A stretch of DNA of 63,653 nt, filler included, from Asterionella formosa (taxonomy: Eukaryota): assembly GCA_002256025.1 (NCBI GenBank). It is 22 parts of 22 records of this genome, joined end to end, with 100 filler letters (N's around TTAATTAATTAA, not from the genome) between each part and the next. Parts side by side here need not be neighbours in the genome. Positions count along the whole stretch, not along the records: positions 11,620 to 14,420 come from NKIB01014802.1; positions 14,521 to 17,321 come from NKIB01014803.1; positions 17,422 to 20,222 come from NKIB01014804.1; positions 20,323 to 23,122 come from NKIB01014805.1; positions 23,223 to 26,021 come from NKIB01014806.1; 17 more parts are not named here. One strand, written 5' to 3'. Both the position numbers and the translations under genes were made by a program. The notes beneath the pieces were generated by a model. The model was not told the origin of the DNA. It was given only the letters and a program-made list of their open reading frames with translations, and searched no databases. Shown here piece after piece: positions 13,676 to 24,860 of the stretch. The first letter of the stretch is position 1. The number at the start of each line of letters is the position of its first letter.

Positions 13676-14420
13676 TGAGCAATCCTGCACATCGATACAG
13701 ATGTATTTAGGGTTAGGGTTATATCAAATATATCGGAATTGTATAATGAGAGAACTCGACTAACACCCATTCTATACTTTGATGTCAGTTCAGGAAATGA
13801 GTTATACATAAGGATTAATTAATAAGCTCATATATTCAACAAATACTACTACTTCTGGTTAGATACTTCACTTTGAATTCAAAAAGAGTCGAATTAGAAG
13901 ACAACAAACATGGCAATGTATTCAAGGGTTCCTGTGATTCCTTTGATCAAAGACTACAATGTATTGACTATCAAAACTAAAACGTTCAGAGTTGCTTTAA
14001 CCAGAGTTTTCAACATCAACGACAATGGATGCTACGTTATTTATCTAAACCCTTTTCTATGTTGGTAATGGATTACGGAGCTCGTATTAAAACTTTAAAC
14101 AGGCTACTTCAACTAATGCCTCATCCAGAAGATCAAGTTGGATTGTCAAAAGAAGATATACGGATTATCATTATCCGTTCTATGCCCGATGAGTGGCAAC
14201 AAGAGTTTGAATTAAATCATGCAAAGACTTCAGACCAATCGATTCGCTCGGTTCTCGCTTACTTCGAGAGTCAACAATCGTTTAAGGATCGAAACAAGCA
14301 TCTTCCCAAGAACAGTTTTCAAACAATCACACAGAACCGTCTTCGCATTGCTGAAGGCAATCGTGTGATGCGTCAAGAAAACGAGCGTGTCAGTCGTCAA
14401 TTCTACAAGGATAATTTTAC
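13676..14420 (+). mobile_element. gag: Ty3/Gypsy 5' end: ~195-bp LTR (13676-13870) plus internally deleted gag (ATG 13910)
   Basis: The LTR TGAGCAATC...GATACTTCA matches, inverted, 49298-49485, which lies downstream of Gypsy pol. Gag motifs KPFSM...RIKTLNRLL...MPDEWQQEF. About 240 bp are missing relative to the contig 8 copy. Confidence 0.75.
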
Positions 14421-14520
14421 NNNNNNNNNNNNNNNNNNNNNNNNNNNNNNNNNNNNNNNNNNNNTTAATTAATTAANNNNNNNNNNNNNNNNNNNNNNNN
14501 NNNNNNNNNNNNNNNNNNNN

Positions 14521-14888
14521 GGAAAAAAGGTAGTTTGAATCGTGCTGATTATTTCACTAAACATCATCCCGCTTCCCATCATATGTTGATGCGCCCGCAC
14601 TATCTCCATTGCCCTCCATCCCTCCCTAGTCCTCCTAACTATTATGCGTGCTTGGCTTCCGATGCTGATATCATCTCCACCCCCGCTCCTGTTCTTCTGC
14701 CTGAATCTGCTGGTGAGGGTGTGTTAATATCTGCATATGATGCTCCATACATGCGCCGTACAAACCATACCGGCGCAGCCACCAGATTAGGTACATGCGT
14801 GAGTGCTAACAACGATGTACTTGGAACAGCAATAGAATAGTCATAATATTGTAGTTCACCTTTATTCACGATAAGGTTCCCCTCAACA
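14521..14888 (+). mobile_element. Ty1/Copia (CoDi-like) 3' end: RNase H C-terminus, PPT and 167-bp LTR (14722-14888)
   Basis: NRADYFTKHH motif, purine tract GGTGAGGGTG, LTR TGTTAA...TCAACA. The LTR differs from the one at 46796-46962 at only two positions. Confidence 0.9.
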
Positions 14889-15239
14889 GAATGGATTGAC
14901 CATTGGAGATCATTTCCATTTTTCACAGTTTATATCATAATTTTAGTTTACGTTTTACATTTTAACCTTTTTTATCCGGTACTGCCACTGAGAATATCGT
15001 CACTGTTTAAGACGGTTTCTGGTTAAGAAGGTTAGCCAGCCCCCATTTTCCCTCCACTACATAATATGTCATAATAGGAGAAAGTTATAGTGATCACGTT
15101 TTTACTATTTACATAGCAAAATACTATGGCCCATATTTCGATTCATGACGTAAGTTTGCAATATATTAGCTTTTTGGATGAAAATGTAACTTCGTCAAGG
15201 CATAGAATTTCTGGCACCGGAAGCGATTTCAGGGATGAA

Positions 15240-16830
15240 GTCTCTGGCTCATTATCGAAGAAAGTATACAATTGAGGAAATGGTAAGTTGTCCAAAATCA
15301 TGATGTCATAACTTCGGCAAGACCATCATCATCGTTGTAACTGTTGATTGTTATTTGCACTAATGTCCTGTCGTTGCTCTTGTAAGCACAGCGGATGATG
15401 CAATGTGGCTGGAGGAGGAACGGCAGGGGAGACGCCGACTTGATGGGGAGGGGGGCATCGAACTGAATGCAGGAAGAAATAATCAGCAATCAGCCGCATG
15501 TGACAGGGTCGATTTCAAGGAATAATGAGGCAGCAAGCAATCTCCGGTGTTAGGGATCCAAAAAGTTGAGATCCCAAAGGGGACAAAGCTGTGATGTCTG
15601 TCCTACCGTCGTTGCAATCAGTGTTATCCCGATCACAAAAATTATATTCAGAAGCAGTTCCATTATCATGCAACCATGATTCGCCTGAAAGGAGATCACC
15701 AGTCGCATAATTAAACACCGCCAGCACATAGAATTGCAAAACAACATAGTCTGTGGCACTATTATAAAGTGTCGACTTGCTTCTCCAACCTTGTAAGTGC
15801 CTTTTTTGTGAGGAGGCAGTAGTTGAAAGTGCTGTTCCGTTATCAAACGAATGTTCAGCCAAGAATCCAAACAAACTTTGAGATGGGCTTACTGATGGAG
15901 TTTCTGATGGAGCCAATGTTTTGAGTGATGGTTTTTTTAGCTGAATTGGGATGGAAACGAAGATGTCAATTACCAAAAATATTAACAAAGCAGTCTTCAC
16001 TTGACGTTGACATTGGGCTGTTTCTTCTGCTTCAACGTCAACAAGAGAGGCACTGCTGGCAAGTTCGGAATCAACCACAAGTTCAGCATTGAATAGTGTT
16101 GCAGGTTCCAGCTGGCCTTGTTCACTTCTGAATCTCATGGGTGGCAAAATCATTGTCACCATTCAAAAAGGAATCATGCTGTGGAGTGATTCTTGATCCC
16201 CGTACTGGAAATGCGCCAGGATGTGCCTGTTGTGGTGGTGATGCCACATGGAGCTGTTGATGAGAGTGCTGTGACAAAGATATCAGAAGAGAGGTTGTCA
16301 TCTTGAGGCACCTCCTCTTTCACTTTCGTTTGCTTCCTCTGCAAACAGGATTTCATTGCTGTTTTCAACAGAACTTCTTGGCAACTTTAGGGCCAGCTGC
16401 CAGGTCATGGAGTATAGTAGCATTGTCCTACTCATCCTCCTTTGCTTCATAAGCAAAAGGATGAGCATGATCTATGCCAGCAGTAGCAGGAGTAGCAGCA
16501 ATTGCATTTTACCCACACTCTTTTGCTTGCCATGGAAAGTAATGTTGTTGGAATCAGACATGATGAAATCTGGATCATCCCTTTCTGAGGATCTGGGTGC
16601 CAACTTCTTTTCCACCATTTGCCTTGGTACACGACTTCTCTCAGCAATAAGGCGCTTCTCTGCGAGGAACGACGATTCTTCTCCATCACAATGAGTTCCT
16701 TCTTGGAGAATCGACAAAGCTGGGGGCTTCTTCTCATCGGAACCTCCATTGTCAAGGGTGTCACTGGGTTCCTTCTTCTTGCCTCCACCATCATCATTCT
16801 TCTTGTTCTTATTGTTGCTTGACAAAATGG
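15240..16830 (-). pseudogene. Diatom-type membrane-anchored LRR protein pseudogene
   Basis: HPGAFPVRG motif, NAELV, a TM segment, an APSETPS linker and SFDNGTAL...LQFYVLAVFNYATG...WL...C...C...QLFGSLTPEI (LRR N-cap and first repeat). Multiple frameshifts. Confidence 0.75.
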
Positions 16831-16974
16831 TCTGCCATGTTATGGACGGTCTCGAAGACGAAGAGAGGACAGAATTAATGTGGTCGATGTGATAAATTAT
16901 TAAGTAAATTTTATTGTATGCTATTGTTAAAGAACTCGACAATTGTGGAGGTTGTGAAGTCGCACTTTGGCCCC

Positions 16975-17110
16975 CCAGAGGGCCTTAGACCTGCTGGTTG
17001 TCTGCCTCACCACCCGGAAGAACCCAAAGGACTACATAAACAACGCAGGTTGAGAATGCGGGAATCTAACCTGCCACCTCGGAAGGTGAGCTAACCAACT
17101 ACCGGTAAGC
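16975..17110 (-). mobile_element. Possible degenerate tRNA-derived SINE
   Basis: On the minus strand an A-box-like TAGTTGGTTAG and a B-box-like GGTTAGATTCCC precede a GC-rich body. No cloverleaf can be formed. Confidence 0.3.
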
Positions 17111-17639
17111 TATTCCCATGGTCGATGAGATAAATATAATGACACAGAAATTTAAGAATCGTACTGATGGTTCTATCATTATTCCTGGTACAACATCGAT
17201 ACTGAATTGCAGAATGTTAGAAACAAACAACAGCGGTTGTTGTTGTTGCTGCGTCATGCCTCGATGTGCCAATATGAAGCCGGAAAGTGTCCAGTCACTC
17301 CACACTGTGCTAGTATGAAAANNNNNNNNNNNNNNNNNNNNNNNNNNNNNNNNNNNNNNNNNNNNTTAATTAATTAANNNNNNNNNNNNNNNNNNNNNNN
17401 NNNNNNNNNNNNNNNNNNNNNACATACGACTCTACAATCAACCGGTCTTGGCAGGTAGGACAACTATCATGACTGTAGTTAAATTCGTCATTACCATTGT
17501 CATCATTTTGATGTGTAATTTCGCTCATGGTTGATTGTTGCTTTTTTTTGTTTCTTAGCTACCGGTAGTCATCAACAATATTTGCCATGCTGCCAGCTCG
17601 TCTGACACATATATGTTGATTGTATGATAGGGTATATAA

Positions 17640-17844
17640 CATTGAGCGATGGAGAACGTTTATGTATATATTTATTGAATTCGAAAAGGAATCTATGTAT
17701 GTACGCGCAAATTTCCAGTGATTCAAATATTTCAATTGAAATCACGTTATTCAAAATTAACTCATAAAAATTCTTAGTTCCAGGGAATTTCGGCAACCCT
17801 AAGCAATATTTTAATTTTTGCCTAGGGGTTCAAATGCAGGAACC
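17640..17844 (-). mobile_element. Truncated copy of the TIR element at 38854-39516
   Basis: Reverse-complement similarity to 38854-39050. Ends ...AAATGCAGGAACC followed by TTAA (17845-17848). Confidence 0.8.
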
Positions 17845-17848
17845 TTAA

Positions 17849-19148
17849 GGTTGCAGCCCCATAGTTACACATTGCGAGGTCCGTTTTTTCCCAAAAAAAT
17901 TTTATGATGTACCTTAATCAACACATTATGTACAAGTAAATAAAATAGTAAAAGGTAAAAACCACTTTGCATATGCTTAGATACAGCCATGGGTCGACTT
18001 AGGGGTATGTTCTATCTTCAGATATGGTAGGGACATCATTTCTGGAAAGAAACTGCAGTTATACATCGTAGATTCGTAACTATCGCAAAAATAGTCAAAA
18101 AGGGGCTACAAAGCTTTTCTAAAAATCTACGATACATAACTGCAGTTTCTCTCCAGAAATTAACTCCTGACGTTATAGGTTACACGGCTATCTACTTTAA
18201 TCTTCGTGGAACCCCGCAGATGTAGAGCAATTCTCCTCCAAAAAGTCGACCCGATCGGCTTTTTCAACAGTCGCCAAAATATTGGAATTGGAATTTGTAT
18301 GTGCAAAACGTTCTCGTATACTTAGAGTTTTGCGTAGGTATGTTTTGCTGCTTAATTCTCAGTCCGAAAAGACTCCAGGGTACATTGCCGCGTCACTACA
18401 CATATTCTGATTGGTTGAATTGAATTTACTCACCTCCTCCAGATTGGCTGAAGTATTCCGGTCTTGTAAAATCACGCCAGCCACACTTGAACCACATGTA
18501 TTGGATGTACTGTATACCAAAAACTGAAGTGAAAATACAACACAGTGATACACCATGCGGCTAAGAAGGGGTGAATATGATAGAGAAGGGCGGAATCAAC
18601 AAGCTGTGCATATTATCACGGCATGTCAAGAGCAAATGACAGGATGATCAATTGTTGGGATTACAAATACGAGCAGGTAAAATCTGTACCGGTACACCGG
18701 TACTAGTTTCATCCTGTCTTCCATCGTCATGAACCGAGATTATGTACTACCGGTACACCGGTACCAGGGTACCAGTACTCTGGTTCTTCGGTACCTGGTA
18801 CCGTACTGATTTTTATTAAGCCTACATACAGCAGCGTAGATTCAATATAAAGTATAAACACGAACCATGAGCGTACATGTTGGCGTACTCCTGATTTATA
18901 TATTTGTTTTGGCGTTGAGCAGAACAATGTCCACATTCAGCAATGTAGATATAGTATCAACGTTCAAATATCATTTTTGTTTGTTTAAAATGGAACTCTA
19001 TCAATCTGGCACCGATTCCTATTTAATTCAAATATTCAAATGGACACTCAAATCATGGGAATTCATAGTAGGAAACTCCCTGTTCCACGCCGTTTTTACA
19101 ACCCTAGCGATATTTTCTCCAAACTAGGGTTAAGTCGGGGCCGCAACC
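17849..19148. mobile_element. Non-autonomous TIR element flanked by TTAA (Kolobok-like), containing nested repeats
   Basis: TTAA|GGTTGCAGCCCC ... GGGGCCGCAACC|TTAA (11/12 TIR match). Internal ~36-bp inverted repeat at ~18040-18075 and ~18124-18160. Segment 18150-18295 is shared with ~38020-38165. Confidence 0.7.
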
Positions 19149-19152
19149 TTAA

Positions 19153-19530
19153 GGGAATGGCTTAGTGGTTGAGCACGCGGCCTTTGATCTGAGGTTGTGA
19201 GGTTCGATTTCCGCAATTTTTTTGAGAAGCAATTGTTGAGTTCGACTCCCACACTCCTTACTGTCCCGCATGGTCTTGCCTGGTGTGCAAGAAATAGTGG
19301 GTTGCCCCCCTACAAGCAGCTTGTTCCGCCTTCCTAGGCGGTCGGAGTTTCCCCTAATGCTGCGGCTAAGACGATCACCTTTCGCGAAAGTTGGTTGGGG
19401 ACTCACCTACGCTAACAAAACTAGGGAAGCACAGGTCTTGTTGGCAGGTAGCACGATGAAATATTTGCCTTGAAAGAGGGGGGTACGAATGGGCTATAAA
19501 ACATACTAACTTAGTATTATTACTTTACTT
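19153..19530 (+). mobile_element. tRNA-headed SINE-like or structured Pol III element
   Basis: A box TGGCTTAGTGG, B box GGTTCGATTTC, a T-run, a second B box GAGTTCGACTCC, a hairpin-rich body and a TATTA/TTTAC-like tail. Confidence 0.5.
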
Positions 19531-19948
19531 CTCTCACCATTGTATTTGTATTTTCTATGACATGCTTAATGTACATTACAAGCAGCAAAGCGTTGTTCTC
19601 AATTTTCGTGGAGATAATTTGTATTTTTGTCATGTTCAAGGTTGTGACAACATGATGCAGGATTCTCCAGCCAGCTGCTCCCAACCCCTTTTCTTTGCAC
19701 TCTAGTGTTTTATATGTACAAAGAAATCACAAAATCGTAGCTAAATAGTTATATACCAGTGCCTGCGAGAAAAAACAGAATTACAGTATGTTACTTTGTC
19801 TATGTCTAGAAAATTACTGGGTGTTTGGTACCACGACAAAAAAAATGTACAGGGGGGTGGGGGCAGCCGCAGTGAAAGAGGGGATGAGAGAGATCGACGA
19901 GGTCGATGAACGAGGAGACGATAGAGGAGGGGAGTGCGATATCTAACC

Positions 19949-20222
19949 TGACAAGCTCAAAAGGAGATTGGAAGGTGTGTTTGTTAAAGGAGTGATTAGA
20001 TTAAGTTGATATAGAAGAACGTAGGTACTGTCAGACAAACAGACACAGACATATACTGACACGTCATGTAAAGAGGTGATTCACAACATCCCCCCCATCT
20101 CATAACAAAATGAGATAAAAGGAGTAGAATCAATGATTGTCAAAGAACTGATTTGTCAGGCCGTACAAGCGTGGCGACCGCACGATGACCAACATCGATA
20201 AATTGATATCCCATCATAGTCA
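19949..20222 (-). mobile_element. Probable Copia 3' end: ORF end, PPT and short LTR starting at 20088
   Basis: The minus strand reads GAGATGGGGGGA then TGTTGTGAATC. The LTR end is ambiguous (19982 or 19949). A C/T-rich leader-like tract follows. Confidence 0.5.
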
Positions 20223-20322
20223 NNNNNNNNNNNNNNNNNNNNNNNNNNNNNNNNNNNNNNNNNNNNTTAATTAATTAANNNNNNNNNNNNNNNNNNNNNN
20301 NNNNNNNNNNNNNNNNNNNNNN

Positions 20323-20890
20323 CTATATTTGTATGACAATACTTTCACTGGCACACTTCCCACAGAGATTGGAGTCTTGACAAGTCTCAATTATCTAGTT
20401 TTGTATGACAATACTTTCACAGGGACACTTCCAACAGAGATTGGACTCTTGACAAGTCTCAATTATCTATATTTGTATGACAATACTTTCAATGGCACAC
20501 TTCCCACAGAGATTGGATTCTTGACAAGTCTCACTGATCTAGTTTTGTTCACCAATACTTTCACTGGTACACTTCCCACAGAGATTGGACTCTTTACAAG
20601 CAAGTCTCATTGTTCTAGTTTTGTCTGACAATAATTTCAATGGCACACTTCCCACAGAGATTGGACTCTTGACAAGTCTCAATGATCTAGATTTGTCTGA
20701 CAATACTTTCAACGGCAAACTTTTAACAGAGATTGGACTCTTGACAAGTCTAAATTATCTAGGTTTTTTTGACAATACTTTCACAGGTACAGTGCCAGCA
20801 ACAATATGGCCTGGACTCAGTAATTCAACTCTTTATTCACTAAGATTGAGCAACAATGGATTCAATGGATCAGTCCCACAAGATTTCTAA
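20323..20890 (+). pseudogene. 24-aa plant-type LRR array, 3' fragment with one frameshift
   Basis: About seven 72-bp repeats of LxxLxLxxNTFTGTLPTEIGLLTS. A 4-nt duplication (ACAAGCAAG) at ~20596-20604 shifts the frame. Confidence 0.9.
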
Positions 20891-20904
20891 TTCCTGATGA
20901 CATA

Positions 20905-22175
20905 TTAGTGGTCCATATGTTTTGGGCATAGAATACTGTTTGGGGCAGTAGATAAAAGGGAGGACAACTTGCTGTCCTCCCTATGTAGCCAAGCCCTTCT
21001 AGGGCTTGATAAGCTCAAGTAGCTATATCTAGTACAATGAATGAGTAATCCGTTTGCAGAATTGGTAGAAGAAACCTTGTGTTAGTATTGCTTGTTTTGT
21101 TATGCATATGATCATATAGATTTATTCAATATTGTAAATTAAGTGAATTTCTTACGCACTTTAAAACTACTCTATATTTGCTGGAGGAGACCATACACTT
21201 TGAATTCAAAAAGTGTCCAATTAGAACAAAACAAACATGGTAATATATTCAAGGGTTCCTGTCATTCCTTTGATCAAAGATCACACTTTATTTACTATCA
21301 AGACTAAAACATTCAGAGTTGCTTTAAATTGTTTGATCAAGATATGATCAATGGAAGCTCTGTGGAAGCATTGTTGATTGGAGTGAAACAATTTCATGAC
21401 ATGGCTAACACATCTGCCTTTAGCCCTGCAGATAACTTTTCCTGCTTTATAAGGTGTTTGACCAACATTGCCTTATCAGATTGGTTGAATGTTGATGTAC
21501 ACCCAGAAGATCAATCCTACAATAGTTTCGATGAAGCGATGGTTTTATGGTTAGATGATCGTTTACCAAACGAGAGTTTTCAACATCAATGACAATTGAT
21601 GCTACGCTACTTACTATCTAAACCCTTCTCTATGTTGGTAATGGAATTCGGAGCTCGTATTAAAACATTAAACAGGCTACTTCAACTAATGCCTCATCCA
21701 GAAGATCAAAACGGATTGTCAAAAGAAGATATGCGGATTATCATCATCTGATCTATGCCCAATGATTGGCTACAAGAGTTTGAATTGAAGCATGCTAAAA
21801 CTTCAGACCAATCAAGTTGCTTGGTTCTCGCTTACTTTGAGAGTCAACAGTCGTTTAAAGATCATAACAAGCATCTTCCCAAGAACTGTTTTCAAACAAT
21901 CACACAAAATCGTCTTTGTATTGCTGAAGGCAATCGTGTGATGCGTCAAGAAAACGAGCGTGTCAGTCGTCAATTCTACAACAATAAGTTTACTCCAAGT
22001 GGTTGTGGAAGAGCGCGTGCTATTGTCAATGCAGCCGGTCGCGCATGGGATTGTCAGGCAACTGTTCTTTATCAAGCTCTACAAGCCAGTCGTACGTACC
22101 AGGTACCATGATTATTTGTGGCCCTTGCCCGGTACATCCTGAAGGTACACATATGTATTCTTTTCATGTCCAATT
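20905..22175 (+). mobile_element. gag: Ty3/Gypsy 5' end: putative LTR (~20905-21197) plus decayed gag (ATG 21237)
   Basis: Gag is closely similar to 13910-14420, has internal stops, and retains a GPCPVHPEGTH knuckle remnant. The upstream region ends ...CCATACA and contains twin hairpins. Confidence 0.75.
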
Positions 22176-23378
22176 TCTTAGTCTCTGTCGAGCCCCTTTA
22201 TTACTGTCACACCTGTTTTCAATTGCACCACAATCAATTCCTTGCGCTGACGAAAAGTTGCTTACCTATAAATTAGCCCATGCATAGTCAGCTCTTGTCA
22301 GTACCCAACACCAAGACACTTTCATGTATCCTATTTGCAACACTCTCTTTTCCAGACACACCAACACTCTAGGATTTGCATCTTCCAGTTCTTCCTACAT
22401 GTCTAGCTAGTCCTGTAATGTACCTACTTGATTGTGTCCACTATGCCATTATATACTTTCTACTTGAAATACTATGGACTTTCTTACAATCAAGTAATCA
22501 TCAGGTTTGATCAAGACAACTGACCTAATTTAAAATAGTTGACTATACTAGCTGGCACTTATATTTTCATTCATTTGTTACTCTTTGTAGCAATGTGTTT
22601 GAAAAATGCAGGTCGGACATGAACAAAGATCCCACCTCGATTTCCTTTGGTAATCCTAATATCCTGATCCAAATAACAGAAGTCCAAGAACCCTCCTTTC
22701 TTCTTCAAGGGCAATGGAATACGAGGAAATCTCCAAAATTTCCATGATGCACCTACAATGTCACATGCAATTCGTCGAAGGATAATTTTATTACCAAACT
22801 TGTCAAAGTTATCTGCAATTGGAGTAAACTACCGTTATATAAATAATGAAAAAAGTCAGATTTGACCATTTAGATTTTGCATGGCGAGAGACAAGAGAGT
22901 TATTGTGTGGGGTTAGAATCCAAGTGATTTGCAATATAATCACACAACAACCACGTACCTTGACTGTCGATCCCAAATCCCCTTGTCCAAATAATAATTT
23001 CGCATTTCCTGTAAAGATTCCTTGGTGACAATCAAAATTACTGTACGTCAATTGCTCCATTTTGGCAATAATTTTTTGTAATTTGGGTGACGCTTTTCCT
23101 GAAACATTCATCACTGATATCCNNNNNNNNNNNNNNNNNNNNNNNNNNNNNNNNNNNNNNNNNNNNTTAATTAATTAANNNNNNNNNNNNNNNNNNNNNN
23201 NNNNNNNNNNNNNNNNNNNNNNTACCGGTAAGTGTGAGTTCTTCATGTGATGTGTACAACCGTAAAACTTTGATCTCAGATGGATGACATTAGACACCAC
23301 AAATATCCTTACTATTTCATTAAGTAAAATGCGTGTTGCGAATGTATTAGCCTCAAGAGCAGGATCTTAGTTGAACTT

Positions 23379-23754
23379 TCAAATGAATTATTTGAAACAT
23401 CAACTAATTCAGTCTCGCGTTCAAAATTCATTGTGAAAACTTCACATGAAACAGTTAAAACTTCACATGAAACCGTTAAAAGTAACCTTTTTACGTGAAG
23501 AGTGGCATTAATGCATGTGAAGTACCACATAATTAACACTCGTACGTAAACGAAATTTCGAAAAGTCAAATGAATTATTTGAAACATCAACTAATTCAGT
23601 CTCGCGTTCAAAATTCATTGTGAAAACTTCACATGAAACAGTTAAAACTTCACATGAAACCGTTAAAAGTAATCTTTTTTACGTGAAGAGTGGCATTTAT
23701 GCATGTGAAGTACCACATAATTAACACTCATACGTAGACGAAATTTCGAAAAGT
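23379..23754 (+). repeat. Tandem duplication, 2 x ~187 bp, with internal 19-bp AAAACTTCACATGAAAC repeats
   Basis: Copies start at 23379 and 23566. A related CACATG/CACGTA-rich tract lies at ~60320-60700. Confidence 0.9.
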
Positions 23755-24365
23755 GGCGTATTTCGCGTCTTAGATGAAGGGTGCTGGCCCCTGCCGGGTT
23801 CCGTTCCATCTGGCTACCGTCCCCATCGGATGATGAGCTTTCAACCGAAGAGTCAAAGTTTTGCTGTGCTGTGAGCGTTTCTGGCAGAATCTCCAGTCTC
23901 CTGCACAAATTCAGCTGTCCCAATTTCTTGGTTCAGCCCCCGAGGAGCTGCAGGTGGAACGACACTCCGTCGATTCCTATAATTTGTCGAAGCACGTGTT
24001 TGTTTTGGCACTTTTTTGGTCTCCCTTTGCCCGGAACCGCATCTCGACCTGCCAGGCTTAGAGAGAGGTCCCGCAAGTAGTCATGATAGTGAATACTCAG
24101 GTGGGAGTGGGGTAGGAGACAGAACTCCAGTGCATGCCACCCATAGCATCAAGAATCCTATCCCCTCTCCGTTGTTCGGTGGGGGAGGTAGTGGCAATCA
24201 CTTCACTGTTGAGCACCAAACAGTACTAAGTTGTGTTGTTACTTGCCATTTCCCTCCCAGGGCCGGGTTCCTTTTCTTCCCTCTTTTTTATTTTATTTTT
24301 TAACTTATTTTTTCAATTTTTATTTTTTTTTTCCTATTTTTTTATAACTCTTTTCGCACCCATTG

Positions 24366-24383
24366 TTAGGGTTAGGGTTAGGG
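24366..24383 (+). repeat. Interstitial (TTAGGG)3 telomere-like repeat
   Basis: Direct reading. Dimers also occur at ~13707, 28486 and 28694. Confidence 0.85.
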
Positions 24384-24860
24384 TTGCATTTGTACCCAAT
24401 CTTCTTCGCCCCAGGCTAGGCTTCCACCTAGTTTAACCACATTTCGGTGAGAAAGTTGATGAACCACATTTCCGGTGGCTTGGCGCCCCAGGCACCCACC
24501 TAGTTTTGCCACATTTTGGTGAGATAGTTTAACCACGTGAGGAGAGGGGGGCCAAGTTGAAGTATGGCAAGGCACACATTGGCAACATCCGTGCCTCCTT
24601 CCACAGGCCTACTGATGGCATATCCACTGCCCTCCATTTTTTTTTGGCTGTTCCAAGGCGCCAGGAGAAAACCTATCCGGCCGCTTTGCCCGCCTGCCCC
24701 ATCGCTGTGGGGTGCTTGGGGGGCATCATGGGAGGATTCGAACTCCTCCCACCAGTTCATGTGTTCAGGAATGTTTTTGAGGCACCCCGTCATCCAATCA
24801 TGTCCCAGTGTCCGGTGAGGCACCCCGCCCCTCTCACCTGGGCGAGGTAGTGTGAGACTT

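Noticed and set aside
19153..19222. Functional tRNA gene (Gln-like TTG)
   Set aside because: A and B boxes are present, but the acceptor and anticodon stems do not pair. Treated as a SINE-like head instead.
24366..24383. True telomere or telomerase RNA template
   Set aside because: Only 2-3 units, internal to contigs and embedded in repeats. No supporting RNA structure was identified.
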